Shown piece by piece: positions 10,764 through 21,641 of a stretch of 64,000 bases of DNA. The stretch's first letter is position 1. The number at the start of each line of letters is the position of its first letter. Source of the DNA: Candidatus Binatia bacterium (GTDB lineage Bacteria; Desulfobacterota; Binatia; UBA9968; JAJDTQ01); contig OY762897.2 of assembly GCA_963666515.2 (NCBI GenBank), forward strand, positions 4,480,001-4,544,000, read 5' to 3'. The translations under genes were made by a program, and so were the position numbers. The notes beneath the pieces are model-generated. The model saw only the letters and a list, made by a program, of their open reading frames with translations. It was not told the DNA's origin and did no database searches.

Positions 10764-12292
10764 TCATTCCCATTCGATGGTGGCCGGGGGCTTGGACGAG
10801 ACGTCGTAGACCACCCGGTTGATGCCGCGCACCTCGTTGATGATGCGGTTGGAGATGCGGCCGAGCAGGTCCGGGGGCAGCGGGACCCAGTCCGCGGTCA
10901 TGCCGTCCTGGCTTTCCACGGCCCTCACCGCCGCCACGTTCTCGTAGGTCCGCTCGTCGCCCATGACGCCCACGGTGCGGATGGGCAGGAGGACGGCGAA
11001 GGACTGCCAGATGCGTTCGTACAGCCCGGCGTTGCGCACCTCCTCCACCACGATGGCGTCCGCCGCCCGCAGGATCCCTAACCGCTCCTCGGTGACGTCG
11101 CCGAGGATGCGGATGGCGAGGCCCGGCCCCGGGAACGGCTGGCGGTGGATCCACTTGTCCGGCAGGCCCAGCTCCCGGCCCAGTTCGCGGACCTCGTCCT
11201 TGAACAACTCCCGCAGGGGTTCCACCAGCTCGAACTTCATGCTCTTGGGAAGCCCGCCGACGTTGTGGTGGCTCTTGATGAGCGCGGACGGGCCGGCATG
11301 GGGCACCGACTCGATGACGTCGGGATAGAGGGTCCCCTGGCACAGGAACGGGAAGTCGCCGAGCTTGCGGGTCTCGTCCTCGAACACGCGGATGAAGAGG
11401 TTGCCGATGCGCTTGCGCTTCTCCTCCGGGTCCTCCACTCCCTCCAGCACGTCCAGGAACCGCGGGGACGCGTCCACGTATCGGAAGCCTTCACCGAAGC
11501 GTTGCCCCATGACCTGGGACACCGCTTCCGCCTCCCCCTGCCGCAGCAGCCCGTTGTTGACGAAGACGCATACCAGCCGGTCGCCGACGGCGCGGTGCAC
11601 CAGGGTGGCGGCCACCGACGAGTCGACGCCGCCGCTCAGCCCGCACAGCACGCGCGCGTCGCCCACCTTCCGGCGGATCTTCTCCACCGCGGCCGTGGCG
11701 AAATGCTCCATGTCCCAGTCCGCGGCGCACCGGCAGACGCGGAACAGGAAGTTCTCCAGGATGGTCCGTCCGTTCCGGGTGTGCACCACCTCGGGATGGA
11801 ACTGGAGGCCGTAGAACCGCCGCCGCCCGTCGGTGAAGGCGGCGATGGGGGAGTTGCCCGTATGGGCGATCACCGACCAGCCGTCGGGCAGGGACGTCAT
11901 CCGGTCGCCGTGGCTCATCCACACGCCCTGGCCGCCGTCCGGATCGAGCCCGGCGAACAGGTCCGTGGCGTCGTCGATGGTGAGGTCGGCGAGCCCGTAT
12001 TCCCGCTCGGCGGCCTCGGCCACGCCGCCCCCCATGGCCTGGTTGATGATGCCCATGCCGTAGCAGATGCCCAGGAAGGGCGCGGGCAGGCGGAACAGCT
12101 CCGGGCCCACAGTGGGCGCGCCGCGGCTGTAGACGCTGGCCGGGCCGCCGGACAGGATGACGCCGGCGGGCTCCAGCCGCGCCAGCCGTTCCACGGGGGT
12201 GTCGAAGGGGTGTATCTCGCAGTAGACGCGCGCTTCGCGGACGCGGCGCGCGATGAGCTGGGTGTACTGCGATCCGAAGTCCAGGATGACGA

Positions 12293-12296
<4 letters not shown>
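10764..12296 (-). CDS. guaA: GMP synthase (glutamine-hydrolysing)
   Basis: DFGSQY, GICYG, QFHPEV, SGGVDS motifs; C-terminal KPPATIEWE. Confidence 0.98.
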
Positions 12297-13759
<1,463 letters not shown>

Positions 13760-13780
13760 CCTTCACCTCGAAGCGAACGG

Positions 13781-13839
13781 CGCTGAAACGGCACAAAAAA
13801 AGCCCAGACTTCCGCCTGGGCTTCCCGGTCATTTCAGCG
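13781..13839 (-). terminator. Intrinsic-terminator-like hairpin in the guaB 5' leader (candidate attenuator)
   Basis: Minus strand GCCCAGGC-GGAA-GTCTGGGC followed by T7, nested inside an outer CGCTGAAA/TTTCAGCG stem, about 35 nt upstream of the guaB ATG. Confidence 0.6.
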
Positions 13840-14019
13840 TCAACATGTTGTGCATGACACGTCCTAGCAAGATTTCCCGGTGCTTACAAGCCGGTTTCCG
13901 CCGGTCCTGATCCGGCCGAAGAACCCGGTACCTGGAGGTCAATGATTTCAGGTGCTTGCCGTTCTCGTGTCCGGGGCGGGCTTAAGTTCCGGGCCGACCC
14001 GCCGATAAAACAATAGAGC

Positions 14020-15546
14020 ATGCTTGCGAGAATCTACGGGGCGTCGCTTCACGGCATCGACGCGCTCAAGGTGACGGTGGAGGTCGACATCGCGTCGGGC
14101 CTCCCGGAACTGGCCATGGTGGGCCTGCCAGAGGGCGCCGTGCGCGAGAGCAAGGTGCGCGTAAGGGCGGCGTTGAGGAACTGCGGCTACCCGTTCCCGC
14201 CGCAGCGGATCACCATCAACCTCGCACCCGCGGACGTCAAGAAGGAAGGGTCGGGCTACGACCTGCCCATGGCAGTGGGGATCGTAGCCGCCCAGGGCGT
14301 CGTGCAGCCGTCGCGCCTCACCGACTACCTGCTGGTGGGGGAGCTTTCCCTGGACGGCGCGGTCAAGCCCGTGCGCGGCGCGCTGCCCATCGCCGCGGCC
14401 GCGAGGCGGGAGGGGTTGAAGGGCCTGATCCTGCCCCGGGCCAACAGCGCCGAGGCCGCGGTGATCCGGGATATCGACGTGTTCGGCGTGGAGAGCCTCG
14501 CCGAGGTCGTGGAGTTTCTAAATGGCGACCGGGAGATCGAGCTGACCCGGGTCGACCTCGACCGCCTGTTCCGCCGGCACGCCGTCCATGACGCCGATTT
14601 CAGCGACGTCCGCGGGCAGCCGCACGTGAAACGCGCGCTGGAGGTGGCGGCCGCGGGCGGGCACAACGTCCTGCTGATGGGGCCTCCGGGCTCCGGGAAG
14701 ACCATGCTGGCCAAGCGCCTTCCCACCATCCTGCCTGCCCTCACCCTGGCGGAGGCCCTCGAGACCACCAAGATCCACAGCGTGACGGGCGTGCTGGATG
14801 GCCGGGCGCTGGTGGCGGTCAGGCCGTTCCGGGCGCCGCACCATACCATCTCCGACGCCGGGTTGGTGGGCGGCGGCACGGTGCCCAAGCCGGGAGAGGT
14901 GTCCCTGGCCCACAACGGCGTGCTGTTCCTCGACGAGGCGCCGGAGTTCCGCCGCAACGTCCTGGAAGTCCTCCGCCAGCCCCTGGAGGACGGCCGCATC
15001 ACCATCGCCCGGGCCGCCGGCGCCATCGACTACCCGGCTGCGTTCATGCTGGTGGCCGCCCTGAACCCCTGTCCCTGCGGGTTCTTCGCGGACCCGCACA
15101 AGGAATGCCGTTGCACCCCGATGCAGGTCACCCGCTACCGCTCCCGTGTGTCCGGGCCGCTGCTCGACCGCATCGACATCCAGGTGGAAGTGCCTGCGGT
15201 GGCCTACGAGGCGCTGGCGTCCCGGGCGCCGGGCGAGCCCTCCGAGGCCGTCCGGGAGCGGGTCAACCAAGCGAGAAGGGTGCAAGTCGCGCGCTTCGGC
15301 GCGACGGGGATCCACGCCAACGCGCGCATGAGCGCGCGCGACGTCCGGCGCTACTGCGGGGTGGACGCAGCCGGGGAACAACTCCTGGAGACCGCCATCA
15401 ACAGGCTCGGACTGAGCGCCCGCGCCTACGTGCGGATCCTCAAGGTCAGCCGCACCATCGCCGACCTCGCCGGCGCCGACGAGATCCGTCCGCCGCACAT
15501 CGCCGAGGCCATCCAGTACCGCAGCCTCGACCGGCCGCCAGTATAG
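14020..15546 (+). CDS. comM: YifB/ComM family Mg-chelatase-like AAA ATPase
   Basis: ITINLAPAD, GPPGSGKT, PFRAPHH, LAHNGVLFLDE, NPCPCG and SGPLLDRID motifs. Confidence 0.93.
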   Translation: MLARIYGASLHGIDALKVTVEVDIASGLPELAMVGLPEGAVRESKVRVRAALRNCGYPFPPQRITINLAPADVKKEGSGYDLPMAVGIVAAQGVVQPSRLTDYLLVGELSLDGAVKPVRGALPIAAAARREGLKGLILPRANSAEAAVIRDIDVFGVESLAEVVEFLNGDREIELTRVDLDRLFRRHAVHDADFSDVRGQPHVKRALEVAAAGGHNVLLMGPPGSGKTMLAKRLPTILPALTLAEALETTKIHSVTGVLDGRALVAVRPFRAPHHTISDAGLVGGGTVPKPGEVSLAHNGVLFLDEAPEFRRNVLEVLRQPLEDGRITIARAAGAIDYPAAFMLVAALNPCPCGFFADPHKECRCTPMQVTRYRSRVSGPLLDRIDIQVEVPAVAYEALASRAPGEPSEAVRERVNQARRVQVARFGATGIHANARMSARDVRRYCGVDAAGEQLLETAINRLGLSARAYVRILKVSRTIADLAGADEIRPPHIAEAIQYRSLDRPPV

Positions 15547-15595
15547 CCAAAATCTGTCAGAATCTGATATTATTGGATATACGGAGGATGGGTAA

Positions 15596-15850
15596 ATGCC
15601 GAACGTTCACCTTACGGCACCGATGGAAGCCTACGTCAAGGGACAGATCGAATCCGGCGCCTATGCCAACCTGAGCGAGGTGGTGAGGGCGGGGCTCCGG
15701 CTGCTGATGGAACGGGACGGCGCGCGCCAGTTCTACGCGCTGAAGGCTGAGCTTGAGCACGCCGTGCGCGAAGCGGAGGCGGGGGCATTCGACGACTTCG
15801 ATCCTGACGGCTTCGATCCGGAAGCCTACCGCTGGCGTTCCAGGGCATGA
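15596..15850 (+). CDS. parD: Type II TA antitoxin, ParD/CC2985 ribbon-helix-helix family
   Basis: SGAYANLSEVVRAGLRLL signature; overlaps the downstream toxin start. Confidence 0.85.
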   Translation: MPNVHLTAPMEAYVKGQIESGAYANLSEVVRAGLRLLMERDGARQFYALKAELEHAVREAEAGAFDDFDPDGFDPEAYRWRSRA

Positions 15851-16164
15851 CCATCCGGCTATCCCGCTTGGCGCGACAGGATATGGAGGAAATCCGCCGG
15901 TACACGCTGGACACTTGGGGCCGCGAACAGTGGGCGAAATACTATCGGGGATTGGTCCGCGCATTCGAGGACATCATGGCCAATCCGGATCGCGGGCGCG
16001 ACCGAAGCCTGTTCGGGGCGGGCATGCGCTCAGTCAACTACGGAAGGCACGTCATCTTCTTTGCACGAATCAAGGCGGCTGGTAACGACCCGGTCATCCT
16101 GCGGATCGTCCATCAGCGCCGCAATATGCCCGCCCTGGTCTACTTCGAGGATCTGGACGGCTGA
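15847..16164 (+). CDS. parE: Type II TA toxin, RelE/ParE family
   Basis: RLSRLARQDMEEI..YT...WG..Q...Y, HVIFF and ILRIVHQRRN motifs. Confidence 0.87.
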   Translation: MTIRLSRLARQDMEEIRRYTLDTWGREQWAKYYRGLVRAFEDIMANPDRGRDRSLFGAGMRSVNYGRHVIFFARIKAAGNDPVILRIVHQRRNMPALVYFEDLDG

Positions 16165-16242
16165 GTCCCCCCGTTGGGGGAGGCGATCTCCGACACGTGG
16201 CGTACTCCGTGCCGGAAGGAAGCGGGGAACGACGGCTACGGA

Positions 16243-16470
16243 TCAGCCCGCTTCATCCAGTGCCTGCTGCGGCAATACCGTTTGGGATCCGACAATGACG
16301 GGCTGTTGCACCGCGTTCGGGCCAAAGTCGATCCTGCAACCGGCGAGATCGCCGTCCAGCCTGACCTTGCCGCTGTTGACGAGGTGGATGACGACCGCCT
16401 TCAATTCGTCCGGGGTCGCCGCATGTTCGCCTACCGCGTTGATGACGTCCAGGAGCGTGAGTGACTTCAT
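16243..16470 (-). CDS. Small hypothetical protein (75 aa)
   Basis: MKSLTLLDVINAVGEHAATPDELKAVVIHLVNSGKVRLDG...; SD GAGGA and a sigma54 promoter upstream. Confidence 0.65.
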   Translation of the reverse strand: MKSLTLLDVINAVGEHAATPDELKAVVIHLVNSGKVRLDGDLAGCRIDFGPNAVQQPVIVGSQTVLPQQALDEAG

Positions 16471-16513
16471 CGTTGGTTCCTCATTCCAGGGAGATGTTTC
16501 TTCGTCCTTGAGA

Positions 16514-16529
16514 CGCAAACAACGTGCCA
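16514..16529 (-). promoter_or_regulatory. Sigma54 (-24/-12) promoter
   Basis: TGGCACGTTGTTTGCG matches TGGCACG-N4-TTGC with exact GG-N10-GC spacing, about 44 nt upstream of the 16470 ATG. Confidence 0.75.
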
Positions 16530-16689
16530 CTCCCTCCGCCACGCCAAGTTGTTGAAATGACGTGTTTTCCAGGACTCTCCGGCCGTCATGATCGACGGTA
16601 TCGTCGATTCGTGACGTTCTCGTCGACGGTTTCGTGTCGTCCGGTGAGGCGAGCAACGAGCGACGTCGTATTCGGAAGAGCGCGGATGC

Positions 16690-16731
16690 AAAAAACCCCT
16701 CGGTGGCCGGTTACGGCTCGATCCCGAGGGG
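16690..16731 (-). terminator. Intrinsic terminator after etfA
   Basis: CCCCTCGG/CCGAGGGG inverted repeat followed by T6 on the minus strand. Confidence 0.6.
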
Positions 16732-16797
16732 GATTGGCTGATGCGTCAGCAGAACAGCCCAAAACTACTACGGATCGGGACTCGATGTCAACAGGTT

Positions 16798-17760
16798 TTA
16801 CTTGCGCGCCTTGATCTCTTCGATCAACTGGGGGACGACCTTGAAGACGTCGCCCACGATGCCGAGGTCGCACATCTGGAAGATGGGGGCGTCGGCGTCC
16901 TTGTTGACGGCGACGATCATCTTGGAGTCCTTCATGCCCGCCAGGTGCTGCACCGCGCCGGAGATGCCGCAGGCGATGTAGAGGTCGGGCTTGACGGTCT
17001 TGCCGGTCTGGCCGATCTGCAAGGAATAGGGCACCCAGCCCGAGTCCACCACGGCCCGGGTGGCTCCCACGGCCCCGCCCAGAAGGTCCGCCAGCTCCCG
17101 CAGCATGTCGAAGTTTTCTTCCGCGGCCAGCCCGCGTCCGCCGGCGACGATGACGTTGGCGCTGTCGAGTTGTGGACCCTCGGCCTTGGCGGTGACCTTC
17201 TCCTTGAGCCGGACCTTGCGGAGTTCCGCGTCCTCCGGGGGCGCGACCTCCTCCACCACCGGGGTTTTGGGATTCGGCGCGGGCTCGAAGGCCTTGGGCC
17301 GAACCAGCAGCAGCTTGACGTCGTCGTGCACCAGCGTGGCGGTGTTCCAGTAGCTGGCTCCCAAGGCGGGGATCTTCGCCTCGACGGTCCCGTTGGTCAG
17401 GGTGAAGTCGGCCACGTCGGTGATGGCGCCGCAGTCGAGGCTGGCGCTCAGGGCCGCGGCCACGTCCCGGCCGCCGTAGCTCGACGCCAGCAGCACCGCC
17501 GCGGGCTTGTGCTGCCGGATGAGGGACTCCACCACCGCCGCCGCCGGCAGCGTCAGGTAGTCGCGGAAGACCGGGTCCGCCGACCGGTAGACCTTGCCGG
17601 CGCCGTGCCGGCCCAGCAACTCCACCGCGTCGTCGGGAGCCGGACCGAGCAGGATCGCCTCCGCGGCGCCCACCGCGGCGGCCTTCGTCACCATCTCCAG
17701 CGTCGTGGAGGTGACGGCGTCATCCACCACCTCGCCATAGACCCAAATGATATCCGACAT
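16798..17760 (-). CDS. etfA: Electron transfer flavoprotein alpha subunit
   Basis: [27 protein letters not shown] and [11 protein letters not shown] motifs. Confidence 0.95.
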   Translation of the reverse strand: MSDIIWVYGEVVDDAVTSTTLEMVTKAAAVGAAEAILLGPAPDDAVELLGRHGAGKVYRSADPVFRDYLTLPAAAVVESLIRQHKPAAVLLASSYGGRDVAAALSASLDCGAITDVADFTLTNGTVEAKIPALGASYWNTATLVHDDVKLLLVRPKAFEPAPNPKTPVVEEVAPPEDAELRKVRLKEKVTAKAEGPQLDSANVIVAGGRGLAAEENFDMLRELADLLGGAVGATRAVVDSGWVPYSLQIGQTGKTVKPDLYIACGISGAVQHLAGMKDSKMIVAVNKDADAPIFQMCDLGIVGDVFKVVPQLIEEIKARK

Positions 17761-18540
17761 CTAAATGACCTTGGCCTCGGCCAGAAAGTCGGCGATGCGC
17801 TTGCCGCCCTCGCCGTCGTCCTCCACCACCTCGCCGACCTCGCGCTTCGGCGGCCTGCCGACCTCCAGCACCTTCTCCCGGGCGCCCTGCTCGCCCACTT
17901 CGTCCGCCGCAAGCCCGAGGTCCTCGACGGACATTTGCAGGATCTCTTTCCGCTTGGCCGCCATGATGCCCTTGAGCTGCGGGTAGCGGGGCTCGTTGAT
18001 GCCGCTGGTGACGGTCACCAGCGCCGGAAGCTCCGCCTCCACCACGTCGTAGCCGGTCTCGCTCTGGCGCTTGATGGACAGGGTCGAGCCCTCCACGGTC
18101 ATCTCGTTGGCGAAGGTCACCGGCGGCACCCCCAGCAGCCGCGCGAGCTGGCCGGGCACGATGCCGGAATAGCTGTCGCTGCTCTCGGTGCCGCAGATGA
18201 TGAGGTCGAAGGGTTTCTTGCGGATGGCCGCGGCCAGCGCCTTGGCGGTCGCCAGGGCGTCCGACCCCGCCAGCGCGTCGTCGAAGATATGCACCGCGGA
18301 GGTGGCCCCCATGGCCAGGGCGGTGCGGATGCCGATGGTGATCTCGTTGAACCCCATGGTCACGAGCGTGACCGTGCCGCCTGCCTTTTCCATCAGCCGC
18401 AGGGCCTCTTCCACGGCGCTGGCCGCGGCCGGGTCCAGCTCGTGGGCGACGCCCTTGCGGATCATCCGCTTGGTGGCGGGATCGATCTCGACGGTGACGG
18501 TGCTGGCAGGGATGATCTTGCCACAGACCACGATGTCCAA
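17761..18540 (-). CDS. etfB: Electron transfer flavoprotein beta subunit
   Basis: AVEEALRL, ALAMGA, LAGSDALAT and INEPRYP motifs; TTG start. Confidence 0.93.
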   Translation of the reverse strand: MDIVVCGKIIPASTVTVEIDPATKRMIRKGVAHELDPAAASAVEEALRLMEKAGGTVTLVTMGFNEITIGIRTALAMGATSAVHIFDDALAGSDALATAKALAAAIRKKPFDLIICGTESSDSYSGIVPGQLARLLGVPPVTFANEMTVEGSTLSIKRQSETGYDVVEAELPALVTVTSGINEPRYPQLKGIMAAKRKEILQMSVEDLGLAADEVGEQGAREKVLEVGRPPKREVGEVVEDDGEGGKRIADFLAEAKVI

Positions 18541-18635
18541 GGGAGGAACCTCCGGTAAGGGTAGTGGGGCCGGCAGCGCCGGTTATGACGTGGGTTCGAA
18601 GAAGACGGCGGGAGCGGGTCGGGGTTCTGGCGCGG

Positions 18636-18824
18636 TCACTCCAGCCACTCGGAAACCTTCCCCTCCATCACCAGGTCCAGGACCTCCCGGCAGTCCTGGA
18701 GGGCCTGGTCCACGATCTTGTCGTCCTTGATGTTGGGTATTGCCAGATTGACGGCGCCGTGGACCGCGGTGATGCAGTCCTTCAGGTGCTCGTCCAGTTC
18801 GACGGTATTGGGTGCCTGTGTCAT
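18636..18824 (-). CDS. Small acidic helical hypothetical protein (62 aa)
   Basis: Native codon usage; 13 nt after the diiron gene and co-oriented with etfBA. Confidence 0.65.
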   Translation of the reverse strand: MTQAPNTVELDEHLKDCITAVHGAVNLAIPNIKDDKIVDQALQDCREVLDLVMEGKVSEWLE

Positions 18825-18837
18825 TTCCTGTACAGCC

Positions 18838-19560
18838 TCAGGTGTAGAGCCGTCCCTCGTTGGGGTCGGGGATCTCGAGTCCCATGTCCGTGATGAGAGC
18901 GTTGATCTCGGCGGTGTACTCCTCCCGCTGCTGGCGGTTGGTGCGCCTCTTGAGCCCCCAGTAGCGGTAGCGCTCGGAGCGTTTCGAGTCGGACTTCCCG
19001 AACATGTCCAGACCCTTGACGTACCAATAGTTGACGGATTTCTGGACGCGTTCCTTGGACTCGTCTCCTTTTTCAGCCATCTCCCGGGTCAGGTTGGTGC
19101 CGAAGGCGATGTGGGCCGACTCCTCCAGCTCCATGGTGGGAAGGATCTCCGCGAGAGGGGTGTAGCTGCAGTCCTCGAACTCCTCGAGCTGGAAGCGGCC
19201 CACCCGGTCGATCAGGAAGCCGAAGACCGCGAAGTCTTCCCAGGTGGTGATCTTGCCGCGGAAGGCCTCCACGTAACGCTTCTGGTTGGGCCAGTTCAGC
19301 ACGTACGACACGTCCTCGCCGATGTCCCCTGCCAGACGAGCCATCTTCCGGTAGTGGTCCACCTCCTCGGCCGCGGTCCGCGCCACCACGAGCTGGTACA
19401 GTTTCGTCGGCGCGTTGGGGAGCATGTCCTCGATGTAGAGATGCGGCCCCCCGATCTCGCAGTCGCACTGGATCGCGAGAACCCGCTTCAGCAGATCCTG
19501 GTACTCCGGATCCATCTTTTCGAAATCTTTCAACTCGACCTTGTCGGTGAACATGGGCAT
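18838..19560 (-). CDS. PaaA/BoxB-like ferritin-fold diiron protein (aromatic acyl-CoA epoxidase family)
   Basis: Ligand pattern DCE, EEVDH, GFLIDRVG, EESAH; LDMFG and WGLKRRTNRQQR typical of PaaA; SD AAGGAG. Confidence 0.8.
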   Translation of the reverse strand: MPMFTDKVELKDFEKMDPEYQDLLKRVLAIQCDCEIGGPHLYIEDMLPNAPTKLYQLVVARTAAEEVDHYRKMARLAGDIGEDVSYVLNWPNQKRYVEAFRGKITTWEDFAVFGFLIDRVGRFQLEEFEDCSYTPLAEILPTMELEESAHIAFGTNLTREMAEKGDESKERVQKSVNYWYVKGLDMFGKSDSKRSERYRYWGLKRRTNRQQREEYTAEINALITDMGLEIPDPNEGRLYT

Positions 19561-19702
19561 GTCTCCTTGGTGAAATACCAACTGAATTCCGGTTAGCATG
19601 GGGCTACGCCGAACGCAAGCGGAAGTGGGGAGAAGGCTTTACTCGCGGATGGCCGCGTCATAAACTGACCTCTGTACACGGTACCAGGGGTATAGGGGAG
19701 AG

Positions 19703-20356
19703 ATGTCGGACAACGTGCTCAGCAGTGTGACGGTGCCGAAGAACTCCGGCCGCGCCTTCACGGTGAGAACTGGCCAGTGCATCCGGGTGGCAGGCCGGTC
19801 GATTGTGGATTTGGTCGCCTTCAACCTGCATGACCTGACCGAGCGGTTCGATCAGGCCAGGACCAAGACCAACCAGTGCAAGATCTTCATCAGCACCGGC
19901 GATCAGCTCCTGTCGAAGGACAACAATCCGATGCTGACCATTGTGGCGGACACGTTCGAGGAAGGGCGGCACGACCTGCAGAAGGGCATGTGCAGCCGCA
20001 AGCGGTTCGAGCTGGTGGCCGCGGGACTGTCCCGGCGGATATTCATCGAGGGGGTGGACCCCAACCCGAAGAAGCCGGAGGACCTTCCCACACACGGGTG
20101 CTATGAGAACCTGTCCGAGGCCGTCCGTCCGTGGGACATCGCCCCGGTGGACGTCCCCAGCCCGTTCAACATCTTTCAGACCATGCGCATCGATCCTGAC
20201 ACGGGCGCCCTGCTCGACACCTTCATCCGCCCGAAGGATGAGGCCCACGTGGACTTTCGCGCGGAAATGGACTGTCTGGTGGCGGTCAGCGCCTGTCCGG
20301 AGTCCGGGCGGGGGCAGGCGATTCGTGTGGAGATATTCGAACCGGAGGGCGGATGA
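19703..20356 (+). CDS. DUF1989 (urea carboxylase-associated / CgdAB-like) protein
   Basis: HDLQKGMCS, HGCYENL, PSPFNIF and VAVSACP motifs. Confidence 0.85.
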   Translation: MSDNVLSSVTVPKNSGRAFTVRTGQCIRVAGRSIVDLVAFNLHDLTERFDQARTKTNQCKIFISTGDQLLSKDNNPMLTIVADTFEEGRHDLQKGMCSRKRFELVAAGLSRRIFIEGVDPNPKKPEDLPTHGCYENLSEAVRPWDIAPVDVPSPFNIFQTMRIDPDTGALLDTFIRPKDEAHVDFRAEMDCLVAVSACPESGRGQAIRVEIFEPEGG

Positions 20357-21555
20357 CCATGGATGTGCGCGAAGCCTTCCACGTGGCCGATGAGCACGTC
20401 GATAATGCCGAGCTGGACGCGCTGTTCACCGAATTGCTGCGGGTCCCGTCGGAGCACACGGAGCGCATGGAGTCCGATCCGGCGGTGACGGCGTTCATCG
20501 CCGACGTAGTGGCGCCGAGGCTCCAAGCCCTCACCGGCGTGGCGCCGCGGACCGACGGCATGGGCAACCTGCGCTGGGAGCACGGCGGCGCAACGTCGGA
20601 TCCGGCGGAGGGACTGCTCTTCATGGGCTATGCCATGACCTACCCGGCGAGCACCATGCCGGAGCCGTTCTCGGGAAAGGTCGTGACCGGGGAGCCCCAC
20701 GGGCTCGAGGGACCGTGCGTGTGGGGCCGGGGCGGTTGCGAGCAGAAGGCCGCGCTGGCAGCCATGCTGGCGGCCGCGGCCGCGATAACGCGGTCGGGCC
20801 GGGAGTTGACGCGGCCGCTTTCGCTCGCCGTGAGCACGGCTGGCGAGACCGGGCGGCACGACGCAGCCCGGCACATGCTGGAGCAGGACGGGCTGGCGGC
20901 CCGTTACGGCATCGTCGGGCTGGGCACTACAAACCGGGTCTGTCTCGGCAACAAGGGCCGCATCGATGTGGAGGTGGTGGTGCACGGCAAGTCCTGCCAC
21001 AGCAGCACGCCGTGGGCCGGGGTCAACGCGGTGGACGGCGCCCGCGCGGTGCTGGAGCGCCTGGACGGTCTGGTGGACGGCCTCTCCCACCCGGAGTTAG
21101 GGGAGGCGAGCCTGGTGGCCACCCACATCGAGAGCGGCCCCGACATCCTGCACACCATCCAGGACCGCTGCCGACTGACGCTGGATCGGCGTCTACTGCC
21201 GGGCGATGACCCCGGTGAAGCGCTGGCCGCGATCACCAGGGCCCTAGCCGACCTTGAGCCCTGGGAGGTGGAGGTCACTCAGGGCAACTTCATGTATCCC
21301 GCGGAGGTTTCGGAAGAAAGCGCGGTGGCGGCGGCTCTGGAGGCGGCGCGCGGGCAGGCAAGGGAGACCGGTCCGCCGCTCTGGTTCCCCGCGGCGCTGG
21401 ACGCGGGCTACCTGAACGAGAAGGGCATCGAGACCGTCATGTTCGGCCCGGGAGACCTGGCCTTCGCTCATACCGACGCCGAGGTGGTGCCGCTGGAGCA
21501 GGTGCGCCGGGCGGCCCGGGTGTACGCCGCCGCGGCGCTGCAACTGCTTGCGTGA
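20353..21555 (+). CDS. M20/ArgE-DapE family protein with degenerate metal ligands
   Basis: WGRG, GKSCHSSTPWAGVNA, LDRRLLPG and FGPGDLAFAHT motifs. Confidence 0.8.
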   Translation: MTMDVREAFHVADEHVDNAELDALFTELLRVPSEHTERMESDPAVTAFIADVVAPRLQALTGVAPRTDGMGNLRWEHGGATSDPAEGLLFMGYAMTYPASTMPEPFSGKVVTGEPHGLEGPCVWGRGGCEQKAALAAMLAAAAAITRSGRELTRPLSLAVSTAGETGRHDAARHMLEQDGLAARYGIVGLGTTNRVCLGNKGRIDVEVVVHGKSCHSSTPWAGVNAVDGARAVLERLDGLVDGLSHPELGEASLVATHIESGPDILHTIQDRCRLTLDRRLLPGDDPGEALAAITRALADLEPWEVEVTQGNFMYPAEVSEESAVAAALEAARGQARETGPPLWFPAALDAGYLNEKGIETVMFGPGDLAFAHTDAEVVPLEQVRRAARVYAAAALQLLA

Positions 21556-21597
21556 AAGGGACCCTCCCGATGTCCCGCGACATCGAGAGGGTCCCTT
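21556..21597. terminator. Hairpin between convergent genes (probable terminator)
   Basis: AAGGGACCCTC-CCGATGTC-CCGC-GACATCGA-GAGGGTCCCTT inverted repeat. Confidence 0.65.
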
Positions 21598-21641
21598 CCT
21601 CGCATTTGGTGACGGCGCGAGCCGTCGATCCTGCTTCTATC

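Noticed and set aside
19561-19702. Guanidine riboswitch upstream of the DUF1989 gene
   Set aside because: No guanidine-I core and no paired ACGR hairpins visible; an Rfam scan would be needed to exclude it fully
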